Positions 29,336 to 41,337 of a stretch of 64,000 bases of DNA are shown here, piece by piece. The position numbers were made by a program, and so were the translations under genes. Source of the DNA: Leptolyngbyaceae cyanobacterium (lineage in GTDB: Bacteria; Cyanobacteriota; Cyanobacteriia; Phormidesmidales; Phormidesmidaceae); NCBI GenBank assembly GCA_965263355.1, contig CBDHHL010000032.1, positions 2,400,001 through 2,464,000 of the forward strand, written 5' to 3'. Under the pieces are notes generated by a model. That model did no database searches. It saw only the letters and a program-made list of their open reading frames with translations, and was not told where the DNA came from. Numbering within the stretch: position 1 is the stretch's first letter; each line of letters begins with the position of its first letter.

Positions 29336-31846
29336 TTATATGATCAGCGGTTGCGGATAGCTAACCGTATAGCCTTGGGCATAGTCTATTCCAAGGGTTT
29401 GCACAGTTTTTAGAACAGTCGGAGTTTCAACATATTCGGCAATTGTTTTTACCCCCATTACATGGCCGATATGATTAATCGATTGCAGCATGGCATATAA
29501 AACCTTGTCCGTAGGTGATTCTCTAACAAAGTTACCGTCAATTTTAAGATAGTCCACTGGTAAATGCCTGAGGTAGCTAAACGAAGACATCCCACTACCA
29601 AAGTCATCTAGGGCAAAAGAACACCCTATTTTTTTAAGTTCAAGAATTAGGTCAGCTGCTTGTTGGAGATTTGAAATCGCTAGTGTTTCAGTAATTTCAA
29701 AACAAAGTTTAGCAGGATTAATCGGGCGTTGTTTTAGCTGTCGCTCTAAAAAGCCCAGAAAAGTCTCATCGTTTAGGCTGGCACCTGATAAATTTATGCT
29801 GTAGATCGTATCGTGGGTTTGAGGATTGCATGATAGGTAACCGAAGAAGTGCTCGATTACCCATCGGTCAATTCGAGGCATCAAGTTATAACGTTCTGCT
29901 GGTGGTAAAAACGCCATAGGCGGTGTGACTTGACCTGTCTTTATATCAGGTAAACGCAAAAGAATCTCACAGAGATTTACCTTGTTCTTGGGGCCAGAAC
30001 ATACTGGCTCAATGGTTTGATAATACAGTTGAAATTGATTCTCATCCAGAGCTTCGGTGATACGCAAAAACCACTGACTTTCCTGGGATTGGCGGGTAAT
30101 ATTATCATCGTCAGAATGATAAACTTGCACCCGATTGCGGCCTTTGTTTTTAGCAATATAACAGGCTGCATCTGCCAGCTTCAAAATCTCTTCACTATTT
30201 GTGTGGTTAGTCGTTATCGGTACAATGCCAATGCTGACACTGACATTAAAAGCTTTGTCATCATATGAAAATCGAAATGATTGTATGCTACGGCAAAAGG
30301 AATTCGCTATTTCCGAAGCACGACCCAGGTCGCAATTGTATAGAAGTAGGCCAAATTCATCTCCCCCTAGTCGGGCTAGCACATCTGTCTGTCGAATCTG
30401 GCCTTTCCAGATAGCAGCAACCTGTTGTAAGAGTTGATCACCTGCAGCATGGCCACAGGTATCATTAACAGCCTTAAAGTGATCTAAGTCCAGATAGAAC
30501 AGCATATGCTGCGTCTGGTTAGGAAAGAATTCCTCAACCACCTCATTTAGACACTGCATAAACTTTTGACGATTAAATAAATGTGTTAGTGAGTCATGGG
30601 TAGCTTGCCAGGTCAGCTGTTTAGATCTACCCTGCTCTTCCGTAACATCATGAAATACAAGAACTGTTCCTAAAATTTCTCCGACATCTGATCGTATGGG
30701 AAAGGCTGAATCACCGATGGCATATTCTTCACCGGTTTTAGAAATTAATGTGGGGTGGCTACTTATACTAGTGGGTTGTTTTTTTTCGATGGCTTGAAGA
30801 GCTGGGTTTTTTAGCGGGGTGCGTGTAGTACTGTCTACAATAGTACATACCTCTGAAATCGGTTTTTGTTTAGCATCTGTAGCTCTCCAGCCAGTTAGCT
30901 TCTCAGCGACAGGATTAAAGTTTTTGATTAGCCCCTGTGCATCAGTGGTAATCACCGCATCGCCAATAGAATGCAAGGTAATTTGAGACAGTTCTTTTTC
31001 TTTGTAGAGGTCACATTCTAATAATTTTCGTTTGGTGGTGTCCGTTTGGGAACCTGCTATGCGATAGGCAACACCGTTTTGATTCCACAGGGCCATGCCT
31101 CGGGTAAGCATCCAGCGGTAATTCCCATCCGCATGTAACATGCGATACTCACAGATAAACCTTAGCTGCTGGCCCTGTAGATGTTGCTGCAATAGTTGTT
31201 CAAATTTTAGTCGATCATTGGGATGAATCCGCGATAGCCATTCTCTAGGGCTGGCGCTGAGAGCTTTATCAGATAGACCCAGGAGAGTTTTCCAGCGACG
31301 AGAGTAGAAAATTTGGTCAGTTTTCAGGTCCCAGTCCCAGATGCCATCTTTAGAACCTTCTACAGCCAAATCATAGCGCTCTTTGCTAGTATTCAAATTT
31401 TTGGTAAGTTCCGTACGCTCAATGGCATATTGGATACTCTTGGCGAGTAAATTGCCTACATCAACGTATCCTAGATTTTTTAAGCGGTATGGAGAGAACG
31501 TATCGGCTTTTACAAGGTAATCCTGGGCACCCTCTTGGAGAGCGGCTAATGCGACATTTTGATCTTGAATTCCGGTGAGTACAATAACAGGTATGTTAGG
31601 GAGAATAGTTTTGATTTGTTTAACTAACCCAACCCCTTGTCCGTCAGGTAGACACAGATCTAACAACACCACATTAAATCGATTGTTGGCCTCTAGAATC
31701 TCAACTGCTTTCTTAAAATACTCAACATGACATAACCTTGTTTTCATAACCTCAGATGCGGTTAGCAATGTCTGGAAAAGCTTAGCATCTGCTGGATTGT
31801 CTTCAATTAGCAATGCGTCTATATCTTTTACCATGGGTTTGATCAT
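29336..31846 (-). CDS. REC-PAS-PAS-GGDEF-EAL diguanylate cyclase/phosphodiesterase
   Basis: REC (LIED, LLDLCLPD), PAS/PAC x2, ARLGGDEF, EIL variant of EAL, DDFGSGMSS, KIDG, IAEYVE. Confidence 0.95.
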   Translation of the reverse strand: MIKPMVKDIDALLIEDNPADAKLFQTLLTASEVMKTRLCHVEYFKKAVEILEANNRFNVVLLDLCLPDGQGVGLVKQIKTILPNIPVIVLTGIQDQNVALAALQEGAQDYLVKADTFSPYRLKNLGYVDVGNLLAKSIQYAIERTELTKNLNTSKERYDLAVEGSKDGIWDWDLKTDQIFYSRRWKTLLGLSDKALSASPREWLSRIHPNDRLKFEQLLQQHLQGQQLRFICEYRMLHADGNYRWMLTRGMALWNQNGVAYRIAGSQTDTTKRKLLECDLYKEKELSQITLHSIGDAVITTDAQGLIKNFNPVAEKLTGWRATDAKQKPISEVCTIVDSTTRTPLKNPALQAIEKKQPTSISSHPTLISKTGEEYAIGDSAFPIRSDVGEILGTVLVFHDVTEEQGRSKQLTWQATHDSLTHLFNRQKFMQCLNEVVEEFFPNQTQHMLFYLDLDHFKAVNDTCGHAAGDQLLQQVAAIWKGQIRQTDVLARLGGDEFGLLLYNCDLGRASEIANSFCRSIQSFRFSYDDKAFNVSVSIGIVPITTNHTNSEEILKLADAACYIAKNKGRNRVQVYHSDDDNITRQSQESQWFLRITEALDENQFQLYYQTIEPVCSGPKNKVNLCEILLRLPDIKTGQVTPPMAFLPPAERYNLMPRIDRWVIEHFFGYLSCNPQTHDTIYSINLSGASLNDETFLGFLERQLKQRPINPAKLCFEITETLAISNLQQAADLILELKKIGCSFALDDFGSGMSSFSYLRHLPVDYLKIDGNFVRESPTDKVLYAMLQSINHIGHVMGVKTIAEYVETPTVLKTVQTLGIDYAQGYTVSYPQPLII

Positions 31847-32112
31847 GGCATTTGAGAACTAATAAATGTCTTATGATAAATTTGCATTGTATTAGGTTTA
31901 GTCGCCAGTTAGAACAATATGCCGCGAGACGTTAGGCCATACAACTTAGCTAGCTACGCAATACTTCAAGTTGTGACAGAGTGTAACCAGAACTCATGGG
32001 AGAAAACAGCAGAATATGCGTTCGTATGCAGATATGCATATATATGAGCACTGCATCGAATACTCTGTAAGAGATAATAGACATACTAAGAAAACTAGTT
32101 ATGAATATATAC

Positions 32113-32151
32113 CGAGAAAATACCTATTTCTTCATAACGAGAAAATACCTA
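32113..32151. promoter_or_regulatory. 14-bp direct repeat upstream of the GGDEF-EAL gene
   Basis: CGAGAAAATACCTA at 32113-32126 and 32138-32151. Confidence 0.4.
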
Positions 32152-32206
32152 CTTCCTCTAGCTCCGAAAGCGTAGTAAAGCCGTTCCAATCGTTCAATGG
32201 TTTAGA

Positions 32207-32629
32207 CTACTCAATGGGAAGTTTTGCTGTCTCAAGCCAAAAATCCTGAATTTTTTGAGCGACTTGTACATAGCCTGTAAAGTGAGCAGGCTTAGTAATA
32301 TAGGCATTTGCGTGTAACCGATAGCTCTTTTCAATGTCATGGGGCGCGTTAGAGCTAGACAAGATAATGGTTGGAATGGTTTGCCAGACAGAATCCTCCT
32401 TAATGGCTTGCAAAACCTCGTAACCGTTTTTGCCAGGTAGATTAAGATCGAGCAAAATTAAAAGCGAGTGGGTGCAAGCTCCATGGTTGACTTGCGCCAG
32501 TGTAGTTAAGGCTTCATCACCTGTCAGAGCCACCTGAATAGGGCAGTGACAACCTATCTGATCAAATGCAGCTTTTAGGATAGCGGCGTCCGTGGGTGAA
32601 TCTTCTACGAGAAGAATGGTAATGCTCAT
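32207..32629 (-). CDS. Rcp1-like single-domain response regulator
   Basis: LLVEDS, LLDLNLPGKNG, IPTIILSSS, HANAYITKP and the FWLETAKLP C-terminus typical of the Rcp1 subfamily. Confidence 0.9.
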   Translation of the reverse strand: MSITILLVEDSPTDAAILKAAFDQIGCHCPIQVALTGDEALTTLAQVNHGACTHSLLILLDLNLPGKNGYEVLQAIKEDSVWQTIPTIILSSSNAPHDIEKSYRLHANAYITKPAHFTGYVQVAQKIQDFWLETAKLPIE

Positions 32630-32994
32630 TTAAGTGATGGCTATGGTAATACTAGTCAACTTGATGAAAAACCTGCAAAAGTATGCATACCCATGCTGTT
32701 CCTGATAACAGGCTGAAACTCAAAAAATCCTATGGCAGCAAATTCAAGCGTTGCGCTTAGTCAACTTTAAACTTTAAAGACTTATTAATACAATTACTTT
32801 ATTATTGCTTCATATTGGTGCAAATTATGCTGAATTTGCTGTGGGGCAGGGTTTGGTAATTTTCGCAATTGAAAATAGTGCCACCGAACGTGAACTTTAA
32901 GGTTTTAGCGGCTTTAGTCTCGATCCATAACTCAAAACGAGAAAGTGATTTATCATTAAGGGCAGCCCGTATTCTTGACTAATAGCAGCCGATA

Positions 32995-35900
32995 ATGAAT
33001 ACGACTGATAGTAATTCCACTGCTGATTTTGTTGTTGGCATTGGTGCCTCTGCGGGTGGTCTACGTGCCCTCAAAGAGTTTTTTGAGCAGATGCCCAGCG
33101 ACAGTGGCGCGGCTTTTGTGGTGGTGCAGCATTTATCGCCTGACCATGAGAGCTTAATGAATGAGCTTTTACAGCGGCATACCCATATGGCTGTGGAACG
33201 GGTGACTGAGCAGATGCCCCTTGCTCCGAATACTGTTTTTCTAATTCCACCGGGGCAAAATTTGATCCTTGAAAATAATTGTTTTCACCTGATTCCCCAA
33301 GAGCGGAGTCAGGGACGTCAGCTTAATTTCCCTATTGATTTGTTTTTTCGGTCCTTAGCGGCTGTCGCCAAAGAGCGGGCTATTAGTATTATTTTGTCAG
33401 GCACTGGCAGCGATGGCTCACAAGGGATACAGGAAATTTCTGAGCGGGGAGGGATTAGTCTTGTTCAAACTCCAGAAACGGCTGAGTTTGATGGTATGCC
33501 CCAGAATGCGATCGCAACCAACATCGTCGATCTGACTCTGGCCCCCCGTGAGCTAGCCCTGGTCACCTACCAATTTGTAACATCGCCTACAGCTTTAGAG
33601 GCTTTTCGTAATGATTCACAGATCCCACTGGCACCCACACAACTCCAGCAGATCATTAACCTAATCGAGCAGCATGAACAAGTTGACTTCACCCATTACA
33701 AGCTGAGCACCCTGACCCGACGCATCCAGCGTCGATGTTTACTCACAGGCAATGGAAATTTAGAGAACTATATTCGTCGCTTAGAAAGCTCAGAGACAGA
33801 GCGTCAGGCACTGCGTAATGACCTCCTAATTACCGTCACCCGATTCTTTAGAGATTTAGACGCCTGGGAAATTTTAGAACACACTATTCTGCCTCAGCTA
33901 ATTGAGCGGGTCACACCTCACCAAACCCTACGCATCTGGGTGACAGCCTGTGCCACGGGCGAAGAAGCCTATTCCATGGCCATTTTGTTAAAAGAATTAT
34001 TAGATAAACACCCGATCCCAATCAAAGCTAAGATTTTTGCCACAGATATCGATCAAGTTGCCCTGGATAAAGCTTCCTCAGGGTGGTATCCCGCCTCCAG
34101 TATCAGCAATCTCAGTCAGGCGCGCCGCAATCGCTTTTTTTCGAGTAAGGATGATGGCGGATTTGAGGTGGCCCGCTCCTTACGGGAAATGATTATTTTT
34201 GCCAACCATAATTTAGCCAAAGATGTCGGCTTCACCAGTATGGACCTGGTCAGCTGTCGCAACGTGCTGATTTATATGCAATATCAGCTACAACATCGGG
34301 TGTTGAGAAACCTGCATTTTGCCTTAAACGCTAAAGGCATCCTTTTTTTGGGAGAATCAGAAACCCTAGGCCCCCTTGAACCAGAGTTTAAGCCCTTATT
34401 TCGCAAATGGAAAATTTATCAAAAACTGCGGGATGTCAAACTTCCCTTAGTGAGAAAAGATATCACCACCCTGAGGATCAATAAGCGCCCGCTTGAAGCC
34501 ACGGCCTCAAGCCAAAGTCCTCGGGTTGACCCAAAGCTGGAAGCGGCCTTTAAGGCTCTCTTGACTCGCCGTGAAACAACGTGCCTGCTAGTCAATCAAA
34601 AGACTCAGCTATTTTATGTTTGTAGCGATACCCTAAATTTACTCAAAGTGCCAGACGGACAGCTATCCAAAGATGTTGTTGATATGCTGCCCCAACCGTT
34701 GCAGTTACCGCTCAGTACGGCCTTACACCGGATTCGTGAAGGTAGCGAAACCTATGTGCAGTACCATGGCTGTGAGATTAAAACAGCGGAGGATAGTCCC
34801 CTAACCGTTAGTATCGAAGTCAGTCAGGAAACTACCCACCAAGCCACAGGGGAGTTTTTTATGGTGTTAATTGCACCAGAGCCCTCATCCCCCAAAATCA
34901 CTGAGCGTTCGAGCCAATTTGAGGTGGAACCCGACACCGTTCAATATGCGTTGCAGCTAGAACAAATGTTGCAACAAACCCAAGAAAATCTGCAGGCAAC
35001 CGTTGAAGAGTTAGCCACTACTAACGAAGAGCAACAGGCCACCAACGAAGAACTGATTGCCTCGAATGAAGAACTGCAAAGCACAAACGAGGAACTGCAA
35101 TCGGTTAACGAAGAGCTTTACACCGTTAACGCCGAGTATCAGTTTAAGATCCAGCAGTTAACCGAGTTGACCAACGATCTGAATAATCTACTGGAAAATA
35201 TCGACATTGGGGTGATCTTTCTAGACAACGAGCTGTGCATTCGCAAATTTACCCCTGCGGCCAACATCGTTTTCAATTTAGTCGATGCAGATGTAAATCG
35301 CCCCATTGGACACCTGGCCAACAATCTAGACAATATTGATATACTCAGCTTGCTGGAGCAGGCCCAACAGCAGGTCGCTCCCCTGGCGCAAGAGGTCAGG
35401 ATCAAGGGTCAGGGTCTGCACCTACTGTTGCGGATTTATCCCTATCACACAGAAAATCAAGTCGTTGATGGGTTGATTTTGACGTTTGTCAATATTGACG
35501 ATATCAAAAAGTATCAGCTACAGCTAGAGACGGCAGAAACGATGCTGCGCCAGACCAACGAAACCCTGGAGCAAGAAGTCCAGAAACGCACCGCCGAATT
35601 GGTAGAAAGTCAGCATTTCCTAGAGTCGATTAACCAGGCGACGCCCAACAAGATTTATATTTTTGATCTCCTCACACAAACGTTGGTATTTGCCAATCAG
35701 CCTTTTGAAGCACTGTTGGGGTATTCATCTGAAGAGCTATTGGCGATGGGAGCTGACTACCATCAGCAAATTGTTCATCCAGATGACCAGGCTAAGTTCA
35801 AACAACATGAGCAGGCTATTCTGCAATCCGATGATGTCGATAACGCAGTTTTCGAAATTGAATACCGCGTCTGTGACGCATCCGGCAACTGGCATTGGCT

Positions 35901-36393
35901 ATACAGTCAGGAAACTGTTTTTGCTACAGCCTCTAATCATCAACCAATTCTAATGTTAGGTGTTTCAGTTGACATTAGCGATCGCAAAATTGCCGAAGCT
36001 GCACTGCAAGCTAGTGAAGAGCGCTGCGCCTTAGTATTTGAGGGCGTGGGTGCTGGGATCTGGGACTGGAATATCCTGACGGATGAAAACCTGGTTTCCT
36101 ATCGATTTAAGCAAATTTTGGGCTATGAAGACGATGAAATTGACAACCCCCTGGAGGTATGGGAAACGCGGCTACATCCTGATGATAAGGAGCGGGTATT
36201 AACGGCACAGAATAATCATCTGTATAATCGCACCCCCTACAAGCTAGAGTACCGTTTGCGCACCAAGACGGGAGCCTACATCTGGGTTTATGCCACCGGG
36301 CAAGCCATTTGGAATGAGGCCGGTAATCCTGTCCGGATGGCGGGCTCAATTACTGATATTAGCGATCGCAAAGCCGTCGAGACAGAACGCTAG
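32995..36393 (+). CDS. CheB-CheR fusion with heptad coiled coil and PAS domains, no kinase
   Basis: CheB GASAGG/QHLSP/GTGSDG; Che[34 protein letters not shown] heptads; three PAS domains; stops right after the last PAC ([14 protein letters not shown]). Confidence 0.9.
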   Translation: MNTTDSNSTADFVVGIGASAGGLRALKEFFEQMPSDSGAAFVVVQHLSPDHESLMNELLQRHTHMAVERVTEQMPLAPNTVFLIPPGQNLILENNCFHLIPQERSQGRQLNFPIDLFFRSLAAVAKERAISIILSGTGSDGSQGIQEISERGGISLVQTPETAEFDGMPQNAIATNIVDLTLAPRELALVTYQFVTSPTALEAFRNDSQIPLAPTQLQQIINLIEQHEQVDFTHYKLSTLTRRIQRRCLLTGNGNLENYIRRLESSETERQALRNDLLITVTRFFRDLDAWEILEHTILPQLIERVTPHQTLRIWVTACATGEEAYSMAILLKELLDKHPIPIKAKIFATDIDQVALDKASSGWYPASSISNLSQARRNRFFSSKDDGGFEVARSLREMIIFANHNLAKDVGFTSMDLVSCRNVLIYMQYQLQHRVLRNLHFALNAKGILFLGESETLGPLEPEFKPLFRKWKIYQKLRDVKLPLVRKDITTLRINKRPLEATASSQSPRVDPKLEAAFKALLTRRETTCLLVNQKTQLFYVCSDTLNLLKVPDGQLSKDVVDMLPQPLQLPLSTALHRIREGSETYVQYHGCEIKTAEDSPLTVSIEVSQETTHQATGEFFMVLIAPEPSSPKITERSSQFEVEPDTVQYALQLEQMLQQTQENLQATVEELATTNEEQQATNEELIASNEELQSTNEELQSVNEELYTVNAEYQFKIQQLTELTNDLNNLLENIDIGVIFLDNELCIRKFTPAANIVFNLVDADVNRPIGHLANNLDNIDILSLLEQAQQQVAPLAQEVRIKGQGLHLLLRIYPYHTENQVVDGLILTFVNIDDIKKYQLQLETAETMLRQTNETLEQEVQKRTAELVESQHFLESINQATPNKIYIFDLLTQTLVFANQPFEALLGYSSEELLAMGADYHQQIVHPDDQAKFKQHEQAILQSDDVDNAVFEIEYRVCDASGNWHWLYSQETVFATASNHQPILMLGVSVDISDRKIAEAALQASEERCALVFEGVGAGIWDWNILTDENLVSYRFKQILGYEDDEIDNPLEVWETRLHPDDKERVLTAQNNHLYNRTPYKLEYRLRTKTGAYIWVYATGQAIWNEAGNPVRMAGSITDISDRKAVETER

Positions 36394-36443
36394 GAAAACG
36401 TCATTTTCGCTTTGTTACCCTCAAATATCAACCCTAAAAACCG

Positions 36444-39400
36444 TTAACTTATGGAAGCAGCATTATCAGATTGTCTATCAGTATCTACGTTAAGGGTGAA
36501 GAAAAAAGTAGCGCCGTTGCCCGGTGATGAGTCTATCCAAATATCCCCCTGGTAGTACTCCACAATTTTTCTACAGATAGCCAGACCAATCCCATATCCT
36601 TTGTAATCTTTCTGATTATGCAGTTTCTGAAAGAGCTGGAAGATTCTCTTTTGCTGCTCCTTGGGAATGCCGATACCATTGTCTTGAACACTCAAAAGCC
36701 AGCAGCTTTTAGATTGTTGCTTTGCGGTGATGTGAATGCGGGGTGGCTCTACCCCTCGAAATTTGATCGAGTTGGCAATCAAGTTTTGCAACAGTTGTAA
36801 ACTATGGTTTTCAACCATGTATAACCTGGGTAAAGCATCGTGGGTAATAATTGCCTGGGTCTCAAGACAAGTAATTTTTAGATTTTCTAGAACCGTTTCC
36901 AGAACTTGTTCTAAATCAATTGGACTGTCCTGAAATTCTTCTTTAGTATCAACTCGGGAGAGTTCTAAAATACCATCGATCATCGCCTTCATCCGAATCC
37001 CTCCCTCAACAACGTGATTGATATAATTTTTGCCATCAGCGTCTAACTGATCGCTATAGCGTTGATATAGGAGTTGAGAAAAAGCCGTCATCGCCCGTAG
37101 GGGCTCTTGTAAATCATGGGAAACTACATAGGCAAATTGTTCTAGTCCCGTATTCGAAATCGTTAGCTCCGTTGCCCTCTGTTCTAGCTGCTGTTCAATT
37201 TGCTCACGTTCATAAATCTCTGCCTGAAGTCGTTGATTACTTTCCTGCAGCTCAGAGGTGCGGGTATTGATTAGCTCTTCTAGATGATCGCGGTAGCGGG
37301 TTAACTCTGCTTTTGCTTGATTACGCTCTGTGACGTCGACCATCACTGCTAGAGAATATCCAATTTCCCCGTTATTATCCCATTCAGCAGTAGCCGCCAA
37401 TAGGACATCACGGATGTTACCATCCTTACAAATTATTTGATAAGGCACATCAAAACATTTCCCTGTCTTGAGATAGTCAGGTAAAACCATTTCGGTGGCA
37501 TATACCTGAGATCTGGGTGTGAGAAACTCAATGTAACGTCGCCCCAAAACCTCTTCCAGTTCGTAGCCTAGGCATTCAAGCCAGTAGTCGCTAACGCTGA
37601 TCAGTTCCCCATCGCGATTGATGGAATGCAGCATCACTGGGGTTTTCTGGTAAAGATTGCGGTAATTTTGTTCGCTTTCTTGTAGCTTGGCCTCAGCAAT
37701 TTTGCGATCGCTAATGTCGATAGCCACCCCCAACAGTTGCACCGGTCTCCCTTGCTCAGAGAAACTGTAAACAATCTCTTGGCTATACCACCAATGCCAG
37801 TTACCATCGGCACCTCGCAAACGATATTCAATATCAAAAATCTGATTTTTATGCGGTTCAGATACCAGGATAGCCTGGTGGTGAGCTGCGACTTTATCTA
37901 GATCATCTGGATGAAAAATATGCTTATTGAGAATCTCTTTATCTGTAGCTTGGTGCTCTTGCTGAGATTGACCTATCACGTCAGCCAGGGCTCGATTGGT
38001 ATAGATATTAGATTTTTGAATCAGGTCATAAATATAGATATAATTTGGAGACGACTGGGTAATCGACTCCAGAAAATATTGGCTGGATTCTAACTCAGCT
38101 GTACGCTCCTGGACTTGTTGTTCTAACTGTTCATTAATATTTAAGAGTTGGGTTTCTGCAGCTTCTAACTGCTGCTGTGTTTCTTTGATCTTACTAATAT
38201 CAATAAAGGTGAGCAATACCCCATCAATGTCCTGATTCTCAGTAATGTAGGGCAAAATCCGCATCGAAAGATAGATGTCTTGACGCTTGAGCTTAACTTC
38301 AATATCCCGAGGCTGTGAGTCTTGACGAAATGGGGTTAAGGCCTCCATAAGATCAAAATTATCGAGGTTGTGGGAAAGGTGCTCTAGGGGACGTCCGATG
38401 TCGGCATTCACCAAATTAAACGCAACGGTTGCAGCGGGCGTGAACTTGCGAATGTGACCGTCTCTATCTAAAAAGATGACCCCGATATTAGTATTGCGTA
38501 ACAGATTGTCGAGGTCGTTGTTGAGTTCCAACAATTCTTGAATTTTAGCCTGGTACTCAGCGTTGACGGTATACAACTCTTCATTCACAGAGTGGAGTTC
38601 TTCATTCGTACTCTGGAGTTCCTCATTGGAGGCAATTAGTTCCTCATTGGTGGACTGTTGCTCTTCATTCGTGGTCTCTAACTCTTCGATGGTAGCCTGA
38701 AGGTTTTCGCGGGTTTGCTGGAGTTCATACTCCAACTGGATAACATATTGGGCAGCTTCTGTATTGGCCTCAAACTGGGCGGGCGTATCGCCCAAAATCG
38801 GGGTTTCTTCTCGTTTGATCAGCAGTAATGCAAATTCACCCGTTGCCGTCTGGGCAGACTGCAGGTGGGCTAAGATACTGACAGAATAGTTCTCATTGCT
38901 GGAAGAGGTGAACTGACAACCGCGATATTGCACATAAGTCTTCTTTTGACGAGTTTGATAAAGGGCTGTGCTAATGGGCAACTGCAACTCTTTTGGCAGC
39001 ATTTGTACCACGTCCTGGGAGGCGCGCCCAGTCGGTACCCGTAACAGGTTGAGGGCATCCCCACAGACATGGATCAGTTGATTTTGCCGGTCAACCACGA
39101 GACAGGTCGCTTGCTGATAGGTGAGCAAGCTCTGAAACGCCATGGTGAGCAGTGGGTCAAACCGTGTTTGGGGATTGCGCAGCGGGGGAACTGGAGACGG
39201 GCGCTTGATCTGAAGATTGCTTAAATCATTCAGGGGAATAGGGAGACGGACATGGCGTATCTTTTGGTAAATTTTCCATTTACGCTGAATACAGGTAAAT
39301 TCTTCAGCGATATCACCCAGGGTTTCGGACTCGCCTAAAAATACGATGCCATTTACTTTGAGGGCAAAATGGAGACTGCGTAAGACTCTCTGCTGCAAAT

Positions 39401-40718
39401 CGGGCTGCATATAGATCAGCACATTGCGACAACTGACCAGATCCATATTGGTAAAGCCTGCATCCTTAGCTAAATTATGGTTGGCGAAGATAATCATTTC
39501 GCGGATGGACCGGCTAATCTCGAAGCAGTCTTCTTTCTGAATAAAAAATCGTTTAAGGCGCTCTGGGCTCAGATCATTGCTGATAGAAGCCGGGTAGAGG
39601 CCCGCTGAGGCTTTTTCAAGGGCGATAGAGTCAATGTCAGTGGCGAAAATTTTGGCAACAACTGGAGAATTGGCTTTATCCAAAAGCTCCCGCAGTAAAA
39701 TAGCCATCGAGTAGGCTTCTTCGCCAGTGGCGCAAGCCGCTATCCAAATACGAATTTGAGACTTGCGCTCATCGTTTTCGGCATCATTGGCTTCAATGGT
39801 TTCAAGCAGCTGAGGCAAAATGCTCTGTTCTAAAATCTCCCAAGCAGCCGCATCTCGAAAGAAACGAGTAACGGTTATTAACAGGTCATTGCGCAGAGCT
39901 TCTCGTTCGGCTTCAGAAGACTCTAACTGCGTGATGTAGGTATCTAAGTCGGTATAGCCCGTAATTAGACAGCGACGGTGGATGCGACGGGAGATGGAGC
40001 TGGGTTTGTAGTGGGTAAAGTCAATGTCAGCATAATCTTTAACAATATTGACGATGGTTTGAATTTGGGCAGGTTTAAGCTGATTTTCCTGGTCGTCGCG
40101 GAACTGTTGTCGCTGGATGGGACTCGTAACAAACTGGTAGGTGGTTTGGGCCAGCTCAGTGGGGTTTAGGGCTAAATCAACCATGCCGGTTGCGATCGCA
40201 TTCAACGGCATACCATCAAACTCAGCGGTTTTTGGGTCTTGAGCCATCACTAGCCCCCCAGCTTCAGAAATTTCCTGGATGCCCCGAGACCCATCACTCC
40301 CTGTTCCCGACAAAATAATACCAATGGTGCGTGCTCCTTGTTCTGCAGCCAGGGCTTGAAAAAAGAGATCAATCGGAAAATGGGGCTGATATCCCTGGTT
40401 ACGATCTTGGGGAACAAGCCGCAGCTGGTTGCCCTTCAAAAACAAGTTTTGACCGGGTGGAATCAAAAAAACTACATTGGGCTCTAGGGCAATCCCATCG
40501 GTTACCCGCTTCACCTGCATATGTGTACGCCGCTCCAACAGCTCGTTCATCAAGCTCTTATAGTCAGGCGATAAATGTTGTACTACCACAAATGCTGCAC
40601 CACTATCGCTGGGCATGGCATCAAAAAAATCTTCGATAGCCTTTAATCCACCGGCAGAAGCACCAATGCCAATAATAAATGGCGCTTCCGCAGTTACAGC
40701 ATGATTGGAAGTTTTCAT
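36444..40718 (-). CDS. CheB-CheR-PAS histidine kinase
   Basis: Same CheB/CheR/heptad motifs, PAS domains, H-box [34 protein letters not shown]. Confidence 0.93.
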   Translation of the reverse strand: MKTSNHAVTAEAPFIIGIGASAGGLKAIEDFFDAMPSDSGAAFVVVQHLSPDYKSLMNELLERRTHMQVKRVTDGIALEPNVVFLIPPGQNLFLKGNQLRLVPQDRNQGYQPHFPIDLFFQALAAEQGARTIGIILSGTGSDGSRGIQEISEAGGLVMAQDPKTAEFDGMPLNAIATGMVDLALNPTELAQTTYQFVTSPIQRQQFRDDQENQLKPAQIQTIVNIVKDYADIDFTHYKPSSISRRIHRRCLITGYTDLDTYITQLESSEAEREALRNDLLITVTRFFRDAAAWEILEQSILPQLLETIEANDAENDERKSQIRIWIAACATGEEAYSMAILLRELLDKANSPVVAKIFATDIDSIALEKASAGLYPASISNDLSPERLKRFFIQKEDCFEISRSIREMIIFANHNLAKDAGFTNMDLVSCRNVLIYMQPDLQQRVLRSLHFALKVNGIVFLGESETLGDIAEEFTCIQRKWKIYQKIRHVRLPIPLNDLSNLQIKRPSPVPPLRNPQTRFDPLLTMAFQSLLTYQQATCLVVDRQNQLIHVCGDALNLLRVPTGRASQDVVQMLPKELQLPISTALYQTRQKKTYVQYRGCQFTSSSNENYSVSILAHLQSAQTATGEFALLLIKREETPILGDTPAQFEANTEAAQYVIQLEYELQQTRENLQATIEELETTNEEQQSTNEELIASNEELQSTNEELHSVNEELYTVNAEYQAKIQELLELNNDLDNLLRNTNIGVIFLDRDGHIRKFTPAATVAFNLVNADIGRPLEHLSHNLDNFDLMEALTPFRQDSQPRDIEVKLKRQDIYLSMRILPYITENQDIDGVLLTFIDISKIKETQQQLEAAETQLLNINEQLEQQVQERTAELESSQYFLESITQSSPNYIYIYDLIQKSNIYTNRALADVIGQSQQEHQATDKEILNKHIFHPDDLDKVAAHHQAILVSEPHKNQIFDIEYRLRGADGNWHWWYSQEIVYSFSEQGRPVQLLGVAIDISDRKIAEAKLQESEQNYRNLYQKTPVMLHSINRDGELISVSDYWLECLGYELEEVLGRRYIEFLTPRSQVYATEMVLPDYLKTGKCFDVPYQIICKDGNIRDVLLAATAEWDNNGEIGYSLAVMVDVTERNQAKAELTRYRDHLEELINTRTSELQESNQRLQAEIYEREQIEQQLEQRATELTISNTGLEQFAYVVSHDLQEPLRAMTAFSQLLYQRYSDQLDADGKNYINHVVEGGIRMKAMIDGILELSRVDTKEEFQDSPIDLEQVLETVLENLKITCLETQAIITHDALPRLYMVENHSLQLLQNLIANSIKFRGVEPPRIHITAKQQSKSCWLLSVQDNGIGIPKEQQKRIFQLFQKLHNQKDYKGYGIGLAICRKIVEYYQGDIWIDSSPGNGATFFFTLNVDTDRQSDNAASIS

Positions 40719-41337
40719 AAAGTTTTTAAATCAGCTATCAGTTTCAAACGGTAGAATAGAAGAATATAGACTTGAAAAATTACTACCCATTCGGGATACC
40801 TAGAATTTGACAAAAGAGAAGAATTTCAGCGTGCGATCGCGACATATGTATCATACCTCTCGGTTAATACCAATCTATTGAGTGTACGACAGACGTTGGT
40901 GCGCAAAATATCCTACCTTAGTCCAATAAGTTAGCGCCTCTGTGCGGGAGGCAACATCCCTAGCCCCTCCCTTAGCAATCAATACACCAGTTCAAGGGTT
41001 GGAACAGCATCCTACTAAAGTCTTACCGTAAATCTACCAGCTCAACATGCTCAACCAAACCATTGAACGTCTTGCTGAGCATGACTTGAAAATTCTATGT
41101 TGAAAGCATTAAGTGGCATACTTCTCTTAAGAAGACCAGCAAACGACTTAATGACTACGCCAATGGCAAGGACTTATTCGCTATTGATAGCTTTAGTGAC
41201 GTCGCTGATTGCTGTATAAGCGATGTCTGAAACGCCTGATACCCAACTACTCTCTTCAAAGAGAACCTTAATGTTGATATTGTTCTCAACATTATTGATG
41301 CCTATGAACTGACGACTACTGAGCAATCTTCATAGGC

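Noticed and set aside
36394..36443. Possible read-through or frameshifted kinase continuation of the first CheB-CheR gene
   Set aside because: No H-box or PAS-like sequence follows the TAG, and the convergent gene ends 50 bp away.
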